Shown here one piece after another: positions 47,991-59,919 of a DNA stretch of 64,000 nucleotides (the stretch's first letter is position 1; each line of letters opens with the position of its first letter). The notes under the pieces are model-generated. The model was not told the origin of the DNA, made no database searches, and worked only from the letters and a program-made list of their open reading frames with translations. The stretch covers positions 38,945,590 to 39,009,589 of the forward strand of contig NC_092387.1 of NCBI RefSeq assembly GCF_030028105.1. The letters are read 5' to 3'. A program made the position numbers and the translations under genes. The DNA is from Mobula birostris. Lineage: Eukaryota.

Positions 47991-48184
47991 AATCAGAACT
48001 TATTTGTTGTCTTTCAAGAGCTACGACTACCTCAACCCCGCCTTCCCAATGTTTTAACGGATCAAGAATTAGAATTATTACGTCATTCTATTGGATAATT
48101 AGGGAAAAATTAGTTGAATTCTGCACACTTGCTCCAGTTCACTATTAGTAGTAAATACTCCCCCCCCCCCCCAAAGGAAATAAG

Positions 48185-48455
48185 ACGTAGCGTCTCAGTA
48201 GCGTACGGGGCATCGGAAATGGGAGTTCAATCCCGGCGTCCTCTGTAAAGCGTCTCCGTACGTGCCTCCGTGGAATGCGTGGATTTTCACCGGCTCATCC
48301 GGTTTCCTCCCACAGTGCAAAGACCTACCGGGTAGGTTAAGTGGTCATTGTAAATTGTACAGTGAGTAGGTTAGGGTAAAATCGGGCATGTCGGGGGTTG
48401 CTGGGCGGTGCATCTCGAAGGACCTATTGCGGTCTGTATCTCTAAATAAAAAACA
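48185..48455 (+). mobile_element. tRNA-derived SINE (HE1/V-SINE-like) in RBP3 intron 2
   Basis: B-box GAGTTCAATCCC, core ccggtttcctcccacagtgcaaagac, tail tgtatctctaaataaa. Confidence 0.78.
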
Positions 48456-49534
48456 AAACTTGAGCAGATGACGTGATAACCCAAAGATTCGGCCTGATTG
48501 TATAGAATTGGCTTGCTTATGTCGTTCGTCAAAATTTGGACTCATTGTCGTAATAGGAAAACGGTAATATATGGCTTTAGGAAATTCATGGATTTGCCCT
48601 TTTTTCCAAACATCGGGATAATTCCTAAGCATTAAAAGTGAAATACCAGCGTTTGATAACATAGTCTTGATCGGAAATGAAATGAAATCCCGGAGATCTA
48701 TAACAAGCCTGATTCGTTATCTTCAGTAACTGAATTTGATAGTTCGGATTCTACACGCAGAATCAGGTTTTAGACCCCTCGCAGCAGTTTCTAAAATCAG
48801 GGCGATACACGTTGCTAATAAATAATGCAACAACTTGCCGTGTGGGGTATAAGCACGCCAGCAGTCATACTCGGCGACTGTAGCTTTGCGGGAGACGGAC
48901 TGAAGGTTTTCTCAGTCTTGTCTAAGTCTGTGATGGCAATGATGCAAATCTGCCTCTGCCTCAATGATCTGCTGCTGTTCTAACCTCAACAGCGCCCTCC
49001 ATTGTTTTTAAATCGACATTGCTATCTCCCACTTACTACATTAGCCAACCATAAGGGAACGTGGATAAATTGCCAAGAAACTGCCAAACTAGGCGTAGTT
49101 GGTGGATTTTGCCTAATCTCTTGGGAAAGATGGTGACCGTCTCAAAGCCATTTTATGCTGCTCAATCACAGGTACCCAATGGAGAATGCTTTCATCCAGT
49201 TGGAAAACAAAGATACTCTGAGAAAAAAAAACACCGAAACCCAGTCAGGAGCCCTGGAATGCTTTGATTCACCTCGATCGGATATTGCAATAAATATTTA
49301 TTATCTCAGTTTCCTTATACAGTAATTATTGAAGCTGAATATCAAGACGAATTAAAATTGTTATTTTAATTCAGAGCATAGATTTTTGTCAGTCGCTGTT
49401 GGAGTTGTTTCCTCAATGATAAGCAAACAAAAACAAACTTTCTACGATCACTAGGCACACGTGACAGTAATAAATCAGTCCCAATTCCAGTTCTGACATT
49501 TACGACCCGAGATGGCTTCCGTTCAACTCCGCCA

Positions 49535-49762
49535 TAGACAGTACCAAGCCCGGCTGCGAAAGGAGAAGGGTTGGGAATGGGGTTAGAAACGTCAGTCTGT
49601 GAAAAATCACAGAGAACGCCAAGACTAAGTCCTCATTCCTGGGAGAGGAAGGATCGTAGCCTAGAAGACTCCTGGGCACAATTTGAAAGTCTGACCCAGG
49701 ATAGAGGACTCTGGCGAGCTTCTGTATGCCCCAGTAGAGGTGATGGGCTTAAGTGACTAAGC
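49535..49762 (+). mobile_element. Short non-autonomous retroelement, probably RTE-derived
   Basis: gaaaggagaagggttggg...ggggttag 5' part and caggatagaggactctggcgag...tatgccccagtag...gggcttaag 3' end resemble RTE termini. Confidence 0.45.
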
Positions 49763-49947
49763 AGGTACGGTTTCCATTCAATTCAGGATATAGATCTTCA
49801 CAGGTTGGGATGTAAATCCAACTGTTGATGTGCGACCTCTCCTTATTTGTCCCCTATCAGTTCTTGTACAGGAACTCTCCAAAAAAGCTTAGCTGTGTAC
49901 CTTGCATTTGGAAGCATTGGAATAAAACTCATTGCAGCTATTGGATC

Positions 49948-52470
49948 TTAACATAGAAACATAGAAACATAGAAAATAGGTGCAGGAGTAGGCCATTTGG
50001 CCCTTCGAGCCTGTACCGTCATTTATTATGATCATGGCTGATCATCCAACTCAGAACCCAGCCCCAGCCTTCCCTCCATACCCCCTGACCCCCGTAGCCA
50101 CAAGGGCCATATCTAACTCCCTCTTAAATACAGCCAATGAACTGGCCTCAACTGTTTCCTGTGGCAGAGAATTCCACAGATTCACCACTCTCTGTGTGAA
50201 GAAGTTTTTCCTAATCTCAGTCCTAAAAGGCTTCCCCTCTATCCTCAAACTGTGGCCCCTCGTTCTGGACTTCCCCAACATCGGGAACAATCGTCCTGCA
50301 TCTAGCCTGTCCAATCCCTTTAGGATCTTATACGTTTCAATCAGATCCCCCCTCAATCTTCTAAATTCCAACCGGCACAAGCCTAGTTCATCCAGTCTTT
50401 CTTCATATGAAAGTCCTGCCATCCCAGGAATCAACCTGGTGAACCTTCTTTGTACTCCCTCTATGGCAAGGATGTCTTTCCTCAGATTAGGGGACCAAAA
50501 CTGCACACAATACTCCAGGTGTGGTCTCACCAAGGCCTTGTACAACTGCAGTAGTACCTCCCTGCTCCTGTACTCGAATCCTCTCGCTATAAATGCCAGC
50601 ATACCATTTGCCTTTTTCACCGCCTGCTTTTTCACATGCCCACTTTCAATGACTGGTGTATAATGACACCCAGGTCTCATTGCACCTCCCCTTTTCCTAA
50701 TCGGCCACCATTCAGATAATAATCTGTTTTCCTATTTTTGCCACCAAAGTGGATAACTTCACATTTATCCACATTAAATTGCATCTGCCATGAATTTGCC
50801 CACTCACCCAACTTATCCAAGTCACCCTGCATCCTCTTAGCATCCTCCTCACAGCTAACACTGCCACCCAGCTTCGTGTCATCCGCAAACTTGGAGATGC
50901 TGCATTTAATTCCCTCATCCAAGTCATTAATATATATTGTAAACAACTGGGGTCCCAGCACTGAGCCTTGCGGTACCCCACTAGTCACTGCCTGCCATTC
51001 TGAAAAGGTCCCGTTTATTCCCACTCTTTGCTTCCTGTCTGCTAGCCAACTCTCCACCCACACCAATACCTTACCCCCAATACCGTGTGCTTTAAGTTTG
51101 CACACTAATCTCCTGTGTGGGACCTTGTCAAAAGCCTTCTGAAAATCCAAATATACCACATCCACTGGTTCTCCCCTATCCACTCTACTAGTTACATCCT
51201 CAAAAAATTCTATGAGATTCGTCAGACATGATTTTCCTTTCACAAATCCATGCTGACTTTGTCCGATGATTTCACCGCTTTCCAAATGTGCTGTTATCAC
51301 ATCCTTGATAACTGACTCCAGCAGTTTCCCCACCACCGACGTTAGGCTAACCGGTCTATAATTCCCCGGTTTCTCTCTCCCTCCTTTTTTAAAAAGTGGA
51401 GTTATATTAGCCACCCTCCAATCCTCAGGAACTAGTCCAGAATCTAACGAGTTTTGAAAAATTATCACTAATGCATCCACTATTTCTTGGGCTACTTCCT
51501 TAAGCACCCTGGGATGCAGACCATCTGGCCCTGGGGATTTATCTGCCTTCAATCCCTTCAATTTACCTAACACCACTTCCCTACTAACATGTATTTCGCT
51601 CAGTTCCTCCATCTCACTGGACCCTCTGTCCCCTACTATTTCTGGAAGATTATTTATGTCCTCCTTAGTGAAGACAGAACCAAAGTAATTATTCAATTGG
51701 TCTGCCATGTCCTTGCTCCCCATAATCAATTCGCCTGTTTCTGTCTGCAGGGGACCTACATTTGTCTTTACCAGTCTTTTCCTTTTTACATATCTATAAA
51801 AGCTTTTACAGTCCGTTTTTATGTTTCCTGCCAGTTTTCTCTCATAATCTTTTTTCCCCTTCCTAATTAAGCCCTTTGTCCTCCGCTGCTGAACTCTGAA
51901 TTTCTCCCAGTCCTCAGGTGAGCCACTTTCTCTGGCTAATTTGTATGCTTCTTCTTTGGAATTGATACTGTCCCTAATTTCTCTTGTCAGCCATGGGTGC
52001 ACTACCTTCCTTGATTTATTCTTTTGCCAAACTGGGATGAACAATTGTTGTAGTTCATCCATGCAACCTTTAAATGCTTGCCATTGCATATCCACCGTCA
52101 ATCCTTTAAGTGTCATTTGCCAGTCTATCTTAGCTAATTCACGTCTCATACCTTCAAAGTTACCCCTCTTTAAGTTCAGAACCTTTGTTTTTGAATTAAC
52201 TAAGTCACTCTCCATCTTAATGAAGAATTCCACCATATTATGGTCACTCTTACCGAAGGGGCCTCTCACGACAAGATTGCTAATTAACCCTTCCTCATTG
52301 CTCAAAACCCAGTCCAGAATAGCCTGCTCTCTAGTTGGTTCCTCGACATGTTGGTTCAAAAAACCATCCCGCATATATTCCAAGAAATCCTCTTCCTCAG
52401 CACCTTTACCAATTTGGTTCACCCAATCTACATGTAGATTGAAGTCACCCATTATAACTGCTGTTAACAT
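49948..52470 (-). mobile_element. Young 5'-truncated CR1 LINE (partial endonuclease, RT, 3' UTR) in RBP3 intron 2
   Basis: 597-aa ORF (MGDFN, SDH, YRPVSLTS, YLDFQKAFDKV, GVPQGSVLGP, KFADDTK) plus a 209-aa continuation. (ACATAGAA)n tail at 49951. TTAACAT is present at both junctions. Confidence 0.96.
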
Positions 52471-52879
52471 GACTCTGGTTACTTACAGGGCCTTTCAGTG
52501 CTTAGAATGCTGTCAGGAGACAGTCTACCTGAGATACATGCTTCCACCACAAGACAGAGGAAACCTTCAGTTCGTCTCCCGCATACAAGCTTTTGAAAGA
52601 CTAACTAGTCTCAGTGATCATTTTAACTGGTTTGTTTGGAATTAATGCGTACTACATTACACATCTTAATGAGATTCTCTCGGGAAACTGAAGTTTGGCA
52701 AAGTATTTTGATTAGTTTTAAATACTTTTGAGACCCGGAAATTGATCAGGGATTGAAACACACACTGCACTACGAAGGAAACATGAGTTGTCGAATTAAC
52801 TTGCATAGTCAACAGTTGAAAACCATTTGAACGCTGATCCACATAGAACCGTCATCAAATGTTGACAGTGAACAATGAT

Positions 52880-53175
52880 ATGCGGGTTGGTAGGTTAACT
52901 GACCACGTTAACTTTCCCCGAGTGTGCAGGTGAGTGTCAGAAGTTAGGAGAGTTAATGGGGATGTGGGAAGAATAAACTGGAATTTTGCAGGAATAGTGC
53001 AAATGGGCGCTTGATATCCAGCGCGACTTCAGTGGGTGGAAGGGACACTGTCCCAAACAACAGGAATTCTGCAGATGCTGGAAATTCAAGCAACACACAT
53101 CAAAGTTGCTGGTGAACGCAGCAGGCCAGGCAGCAACTTTGATGTGTGGGACACTGTCCCTATTGTTTGACTCTA
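52880..53175 (+). mobile_element. SINE 3' fragment interrupted by a 93-bp Penelope-like insertion (53055-53147)
   Basis: gggttggtaggttaactgaccac...gtgtgcaggtgagtg SINE body. A 13-bp duplication GGGACACTGTCCC flanks the insert. Confidence 0.7.
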
Positions 53176-53338
53176 CGAGCGCACCATCTTGCGCATAATT
53201 TCCACTGCCAGACCATTCAGGTTTGAATTGAAGATAACACTGCACACGACCAATTAATGTTACCAAGTGCAAAGAAAACGAATCTCAAGGTGATATATAC
53301 GTAGACTGATAATACATTTACTTTAAACTTTGCATTAC

Positions 53339-53529
53339 CTCAGATCCACAATTAGTGCAATCGTGTGCGCGATCTTATTCCATACGTGAACTGCCATTAG
53401 ATCGGACACTTGGGTAATCAAATCAATGTCGCCGAACATGTCGAAACGGAGGTAGCCGACACCATTCTCAAACACTTTCGTCTGGAAGGAAAATTTAATC
53501 AAGTCTTCAAACATCTCAGGAGGTGGAAT
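53339..53529 (-). CDS. RBP3: RBP3 coding exon 2 (module 4)
   Basis: ttcccccag|ATT CCA CCT CCT GAG ATG TTT...GAT CTG AG|gtaatg. 191 nt. Translates [34 protein letters not shown]...[16 protein letters not shown]. Not in the supplied ORF track. Confidence 0.96.
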
Positions 53530-53634
53530 CTGGGGGAAAGGGAATAGGAGGAATTAATGGACACAAATGCCGAAAACAGTAGATTGTTTCTCAATGTCCT
53601 GGGATTTCGGGTTAGAAAATTTCTGTTATCCTAC

Positions 53635-56634
53635 CGGCATGGGGACCACACTGGGGATATGGTCCTTCAGATCGTCTGGGATATAAGCTACCCTGAGATG
53701 TTTATCTCCGGAGAGTTTCTGCAGGTCCTCCGACAACTTCTGAGCCAACTCCACCTCGGAATTAATGACATCGTACTTCCCGTCTTGAATCAAGTCGGCG
53801 ATCAGCCTCGCTACCTTGGCACCGGTTTCAGCAAATGCATAATTATCTGCCACCAACTTCCCGGCCGTGCGCACAATCCCTGGGACCTTGGCTCGAAGAT
53901 CTATGATGCCAAGGGCCACACCCATAGCTTCGCTGGCTTGGACCAAAATATGCGGTTCAGTGCCAGAGAGGCTCCAAGCCTTTCCTGTCACAGCACTTAC
54001 AGCCACCTGATTTGGAATCGAAACATAAAGGTTGCTGTCTCCTATCCGGTAAGTAGATACGGACAGGACGCCTCCAATGGTTGGCTCCCCGACCACTGTT
54101 GCCCTGTTCTGGTCTTTCATTACTCTGGTGAACGCCTCTGCGGCAGAACCTGTGATATGACTCGTTAGGATGTAAATGTCCTTATTGGAGGCGTATCTTT
54201 GGCCAAGTACCTCGGGTAGTGTCCATACTTCCAAAGTGGACGAGGTGGAGCGGGTAAACACAGTATAAAGGTGACGGAGAGGTTCGGAGTCAAAGAAGTA
54301 AGAACATAAAATCGGAATTGCAGTTGAATAGCCACCGACGTTGTATCTCATGTCAATAATCAGAACGTCTGTATTGACCAGTTTGTTCCAAACTTGGTCG
54401 AGTAACTGTGGGACAATAGCGTCGATGATTTCTGCGTCGGCCATCATATCAAACCGTAGATACCCAATATTTTTTGGCAACACTTCAACCTTGAAGAGGG
54501 CTTGAATTGTGTGGTCGAGCTCCTCGGGGGAAGGGATTTTGCCAATGGGGCTGTCTAGGACCTCAGGCGCGCTCTCGCTATAGAAGACGTGGAAGTGGTG
54601 GTCACCAGAGGTCTCCTTCAGGTCGGAGGTCAACTGAGCAGCCAGTGACTCGTAGTCTACAACAGAGCGGTATAAACCATCCAACCATTTTGATCTGAGC
54701 AGCGAACTGACCTTGGCGGCCACTTCTGGAATGGCATAGTGGACATTCAGGAGATGCCCAGTGTCTTCCACTAACTTGAACACTTTAGCATGGAACTTTA
54801 GAACATCCTTCGCCTTGTCTATCGCCTCTTCTGCCAACACTATGGCATCGGGTACAACTCCACCGCCCAGCCAACTCTCCCCATTATTATCTATAAAGTT
54901 TATGAAAGGGACAGTAATAAACAAATTGGTGTTTTCTATGTGAAAAGATTGGGAATGAAGAAGAGTGCCGGATGTGATCTCCCCAATCACGGTGGCCCTG
55001 CTTAGAGACTGCATCAGGTAGGCGAGCTCCTCGGCCGCTGTGGCAGTGCGGTGGCTGGTCAGCACGTAGACGCCCTTTTTTGATCCATAGAAGTTGCCAT
55101 CCAAATCAGGAAGCGTAAAATATTCTTTGGTGGAGTTGTCCAGCCTGTTGAAAACGGTGTACAGACGAACGGGTGGGTGTCGGTCTTGGAAGTATGACAG
55201 CAACACGGGCACAGCGGCCGAAGTGCCACCTACGTTGTGCCTAAGATCTATTATTAAATTGTCCGTGTCCTGAATTGGGCCCCACACTTTCTCAACTATG
55301 TAAGGCTTCAGTTTCGTCAATGCCGACTCAGTAGGAAACACATCAAATTTCAAGTACCCCGTATTGCCAGGTAGGATTTGCACCTGAAACACAGCGTCTA
55401 CAATTTGCCGGAGGTAATTGGCATCTGTTGGTAAGACCTCGGATGGGCTCTGTTCTGTGGTGACCAGAGGTTCTGACTTTACGCTAATCATTAGACGAGG
55501 ATCTTCGGAGATGGTCTGAAGCTCGTAGTTAAGTTTTGCTGCCAGGTCTTGTTCTGAAGTTACAGCCGAGCGAGCAACTTTAGCAATTTGCAGGGCCAGG
55601 GATGGTACCTGATCTACAAAGCAATAGTGGGCGCCCAACAGCTCGTTGACTTTCCGGATTACATTGGGCATTTCTTTCCTTACAGCCAGAATGGAGGTGG
55701 CTTTCTCAAGGGCTCTGTCTGCATTTACCGGTACACAGGGGAACACACCGTTCACTTCCCAGCTCTGGCCGGTGATGGGGCTGACCGACCTGGAGAGGGG
55801 AACAGTGATGAAGAAGTCAGACGAGCCAATGCGCAGCTTTTGAACGTTGAGCGAGCCTCCCGCCGTCCGCTCCCCCACCAAAAGGCCGCGGTCTAACTGC
55901 TTCAGGATGTACGCTACGTCCTCGGCTACCCCATTGGTGTTCTTGCTAATAAGCACCAGGACGTCTTTATGCTTGTCGTATCTTTCACCCAACAGAACGG
56001 GTAGGGTCCATATATCCTTTGTGGTATTGGACGGGCGGTCATAGATAGAGTCGATATGTATCGCAGGGTTTGCATCGCAGAAGTAAGATATAATGAAAGG
56101 AATACCGGAGACCTTTCCGCTGCTGCTGTAGCGGAGATCCAGGATCATCGCGCTGGTGCTAACCATGGATTTCCAAATCGTGTTCACTAGAATCGGGCCA
56201 ACTACTTTGACGATGTCCTCCTCGATAATATGATCAATTCTCAAGTAGCCAATGTTATTTTCCAAGATTTCGAATTTGATTGAATTTTGGACCAAGACCA
56301 TGAGTATCTCAGGGCTCGGGGGAGGGAGGTTGACCGGTTCAGGGAGAGTCGTCCCGGGTTCGTACGTGACTAGTAGTCGGGGGTCGCTCAAGGCCCCCTG
56401 GACACCAGAGGTCAACATTGCCGCAAGACTTTGCGGATCATTCACACGCAATATGTCGCCACTCTGATTGACTTGCCTGATGGCCTCTTTCATCCCAACT
56501 AAATTCTCTGGGAAGCAGTAGTTATCCAGCAGGATCTTAGCCATGTCCAGCATCAGCGTGGATTGAAACGTCCCGTTGGTGGGCACATGCTGCAATAACA
56601 AAAGCGCCAGGCAAATGATCGTCCTTGTCGTCAT
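53635..56634 (-). CDS. RBP3: Retinol-binding protein 3 (IRBP), coding exon 1: signal peptide, modules 1-3 and start of module 4
   Basis: 1000-codon open exon. MTTRTIICLALLLLQ...LDMAKILLDNYCFPENL, with repeated GYLR.D, IIDLR and GE.T.GG motifs of the S41 peptidase-like IRBP modules. Ends VVPMP|gtagga (phase 0). Confidence 0.98.
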
Positions 56635-56704
56635 TTTTCACAAAGCTCCAGTGCATCGGGGAAACCGACCTGGCGCAACACCCTTCAATTCGGACTGAAA
56701 TGAA

Positions 56705-56785
56705 AGCTGTCTCTTAAACCTCTGTGCTCCGGTTGAGAGAGATTAAAGTACTCATTTCTGTTGAGCGTATAATCTCATTAGAGTG
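56705..56785 (-). promoter_or_regulatory. Putative RBP3 proximal promoter with CRX/OTX2-type homeodomain sites
   Basis: A palindromic P3-type site TAATCTCATTA (56770-56780) and a second K50 site GATTAAAG (56741-56748) lie about 110-150 bp upstream of the ATG. IRBP promoters are known CRX/OTX2 targets. Confidence 0.6.
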
Positions 56786-57709
56786 CAGACTCCCGAACCG
56801 TTGCCTATAAATAACATTAAAAAAGCGCCGTGCATAAATAAACTTAGTTTCCCAGCGTTAGGTGGTTCCAATTCCAGCTATGAATCTCAAATTTGCACAG
56901 AATGGTAGATCTGGCAGAATAGCCAAAAGTGAAGTTTGCTTATTGCCGGCTAAGCAAAGGTTGTAGTTAATATTGCATGGAGAATTTCTTTACGAATAGG
57001 AAAGAAAAAAATCAGAATACATCTGGCTGCTAATTAGTGATCAATAAATGGCCTATCAAATACTCTACTATCCCGATAATTTTCTTTCAATTCTACTTTC
57101 TATTTTTGGAGAGATTGATTTCTTCCTCCCCTCCGGTTTTTCTATCTTCTTTTATAAGAACAGCATTAAAACCCAAGTTTCCCACTGCATCACATAAATG
57201 GAATCTGTTGTGACACTAATCTCCACGCAATATATGATTAACTTTTTAACACCGCTGAGGAACATATGGCCGTGTCTTATCAACGGTCTCAGCCAATGAA
57301 GGCGCTTGTTCTGAGGCTACTTATCACCTTAGTTTCCTGCATTTGGGGTCAGTGTGATGACGAAGACGACGGGTTGCCCTTTGGCAACTGAATGTGTTCC
57401 CACCTTAGCTTTCGGGCATTTATCCGAATATTTTGATATTCTAAGTGGGAGAAAGATTGGTAAGCCAATATGATAGAAATTTTTGAAAAAAACTGATTTA
57501 ATAAAATAGACTTTCGCTTTAATGGAATGATTGTAACCAAAATCAACATTAATGGTATTTATCATTTCAAAATAGTCATGTGAACAAGAGCTGCAGAACG
57601 GAAAGAGATAGCGTGAGGTTGAAATAAAAATAAATGAATACACTGTAATTTCTTTGCTAATATCAGATCCGCCCGGAGCTTTGGAAGGAAATGAGCGAGA
57701 GTAATCCAA

Positions 57710-57751
57710 GCTTGAATTTCCAGCATCTGCAGATTTCCTCGTGTTTGAGTC
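57710..57751. mobile_element. 42-bp Penelope-like terminal fragment with a 9-bp target-site duplication
   Basis: GTAATCCAA at 57701-57709 and 57752-57760. The reverse complement of the insert matches 53055-53091. Confidence 0.75.
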
Positions 57752-58765
57752 GTAATCCAAAACGGGCGAAGACTGGGTGGGTGGTTACACGACCAGATGC
57801 TTTTGTTCACGGCGTGTTACTACCGACAATGCATTTGAAATGCCGCACAGCCTAACTATAGCTGTTAGATAACAATGAGCTTCAAATTCCTTTTAATTAT
57901 TTAGAAAAAACACAATCAACATTAGATCTAGTGATGATCGAATCTCAGTACCCGTTACTAAGTATTCAGCTTCCAGAGCAGATGGGAAACCATCTCGATC
58001 TTGGTTGATCCTGTGCTTGGTCCTGTGCTGTTTTGATGTGTGTCTATGATCCGAAGTTAGCACAAGCTGTAAAGGAAATGCTCTAGGGGAATTATTGGTG
58101 ATTCGGATGATCTTTTATGGAAACCCTATTTTCTCTCTCCTTTCTTTGGGATGACATTTGGAAAATGAAGTTAATAGACTTAAAGCCAATATGTTACCTC
58201 TACATAATCCATATGTATCTTCCAACTTAAATCGACAGTGTAGGATATTAAAAAACATAAATTTGTGTCACATCAGCACTCTAGAAAGAATCCGCCGCCT
58301 CAGTCAGTTAAGCTGGAAGTGTAATTTGCTGACATGATACCAGGGAGATTATCAAACTGGTCTCGTAGAATGTACGATGTTTTAAACTTTCAAATAAAAA
58401 ACTCGATTTCAACAGTAGATCTCAATTTCAATATTTTCCGTGCTCATTGAACGTCTAATGAATATATTATATTATTCTTAGTTAATCACTATAGAAGTAC
58501 TTTAATTTGATTCCTCTTCGGATTAGTTAATCCAACTATTCCAAAAGAGAAAACATTTTACACCGACCCATATCTTTACTAGGTTTAAGACATGAAATTT
58601 CTCATTGTATTAAAACTGTTGTTAACATGTCTGCGTTTGTATATTTAATCAATTCAGATTGTATCACCGTTACGTACGTCGTTACATAAATATATATTTA
58701 TTGGACATGAGATTGCGTTGAGAACGGTGATCTGACTGTGGCCGGTCTGAATCCCTCCCGGATCA

Positions 58766-58779
58766 CCACGAGATGGCGC
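58766..58779 (+). promoter_or_regulatory. Candidate CTCF site upstream of RBP3
   Basis: CCACGAGATGGCGC has one mismatch to the CCASYAGRKGGCRS core and sits in a small CpG-rich patch. Motif match only. Confidence 0.4.
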
Positions 58780-59919
58780 TGGCGCCGCTATTTTGGAGTT
58801 GCTGATCTGGGCCTTGAGTTTTCAATTCAAACCAGGAACAAGGAGACTTCAGAAATCCTCTTACTACTTTTCCAGTAGAAAGTTAAATGTAAGTCGTAAC
58901 TGAACATATGTAATATACAACGATTGTATATTATGCGTGCATTAAAGGCCATAAGATGTAGGAATAGAATTGGTTACATATGTAGAAATTCCACAACATA
59001 TTTACAAATTTAATTGGTTACAGAACCATAACAGCGCTTTTGTGCTTTAGATCCCGACAAACTACTTACTAAAAAAACTTTAGTCATTTGTACATAGCTT
59101 CGCCTGGTATTTTCCTTTTTTTTTGGTTCTTTAATTAATTGATTTCACCTGGGCTACAGCTACTTCAGTTCTTGTTGCTTTACAAGTTTCTCTAAGATGA
59201 CTTGTCTGTCAGTCAAAGCCAGGAGCCTTTTAGCTCCCCGTTCGTCACATGTTTCAACCCCTTCTCCAGCGCGCGCACACCTGAGTTATTTCGGCACCGG
59301 CAGCTCGTGTGAATTTTTGTCAGGGAGAATATTTGGAAGCAGTTTTAATTTAGCAGTTACCGAATTAAATTTAAGTTAGCTAAAGTCTATAAGATCGATC
59401 TAGAGCTAAATTTGCATTTGCGGGAAAAATTATTGGCGATTTCTAGAGAATATGTAAGTATTATTTAAGAATGGATGGCAAAAACGATGATCGCGGGAAC
59501 CTTCTTGAATATAATTTCCTTTGTTCGAACTTCCCAATTGTGGCTGCAGCCAGAAACTTGTTTCCGTAAGAAAAGCAACACAACTTCCGTGACATGGAAA
59601 TGAATATAAACAGCTGTGCTCCACTTCGGCCAAACTTAACAGGGCATAATCGTTTGTGTGGAAATATTTTCATGAAGGTCATGTTATAAACTTTGGTTAG
59701 ACCACACTTGGCGGACTGAGCTCAGTTCTGGTGACAAAGTAAGAACGACCGAGGCACGGAGCAAAGTATAATTGGCATGAAAATCTGAATTGACTCATCT
59801 CTGGAGAAGGCTGAGGTAAAATGATGAAAGATCTCCGTAAGGTAGAGAAGTCAAGAATGTTTCTAATAATTCCATTAAGGAATTAGGAAGAAAATTTTTA
59901 CTCAAGGGATACTTACATG

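Noticed and set aside
50028-52645. Plus-strand ORFs of 93-234 aa over the CR1
   Set aside because: Antisense frames of the CR1 ORF2.
53557-56467. Plus-strand ORFs overlapping RBP3 exon 1
   Set aside because: Antisense shadows of a long coding exon with no recognisable domain.
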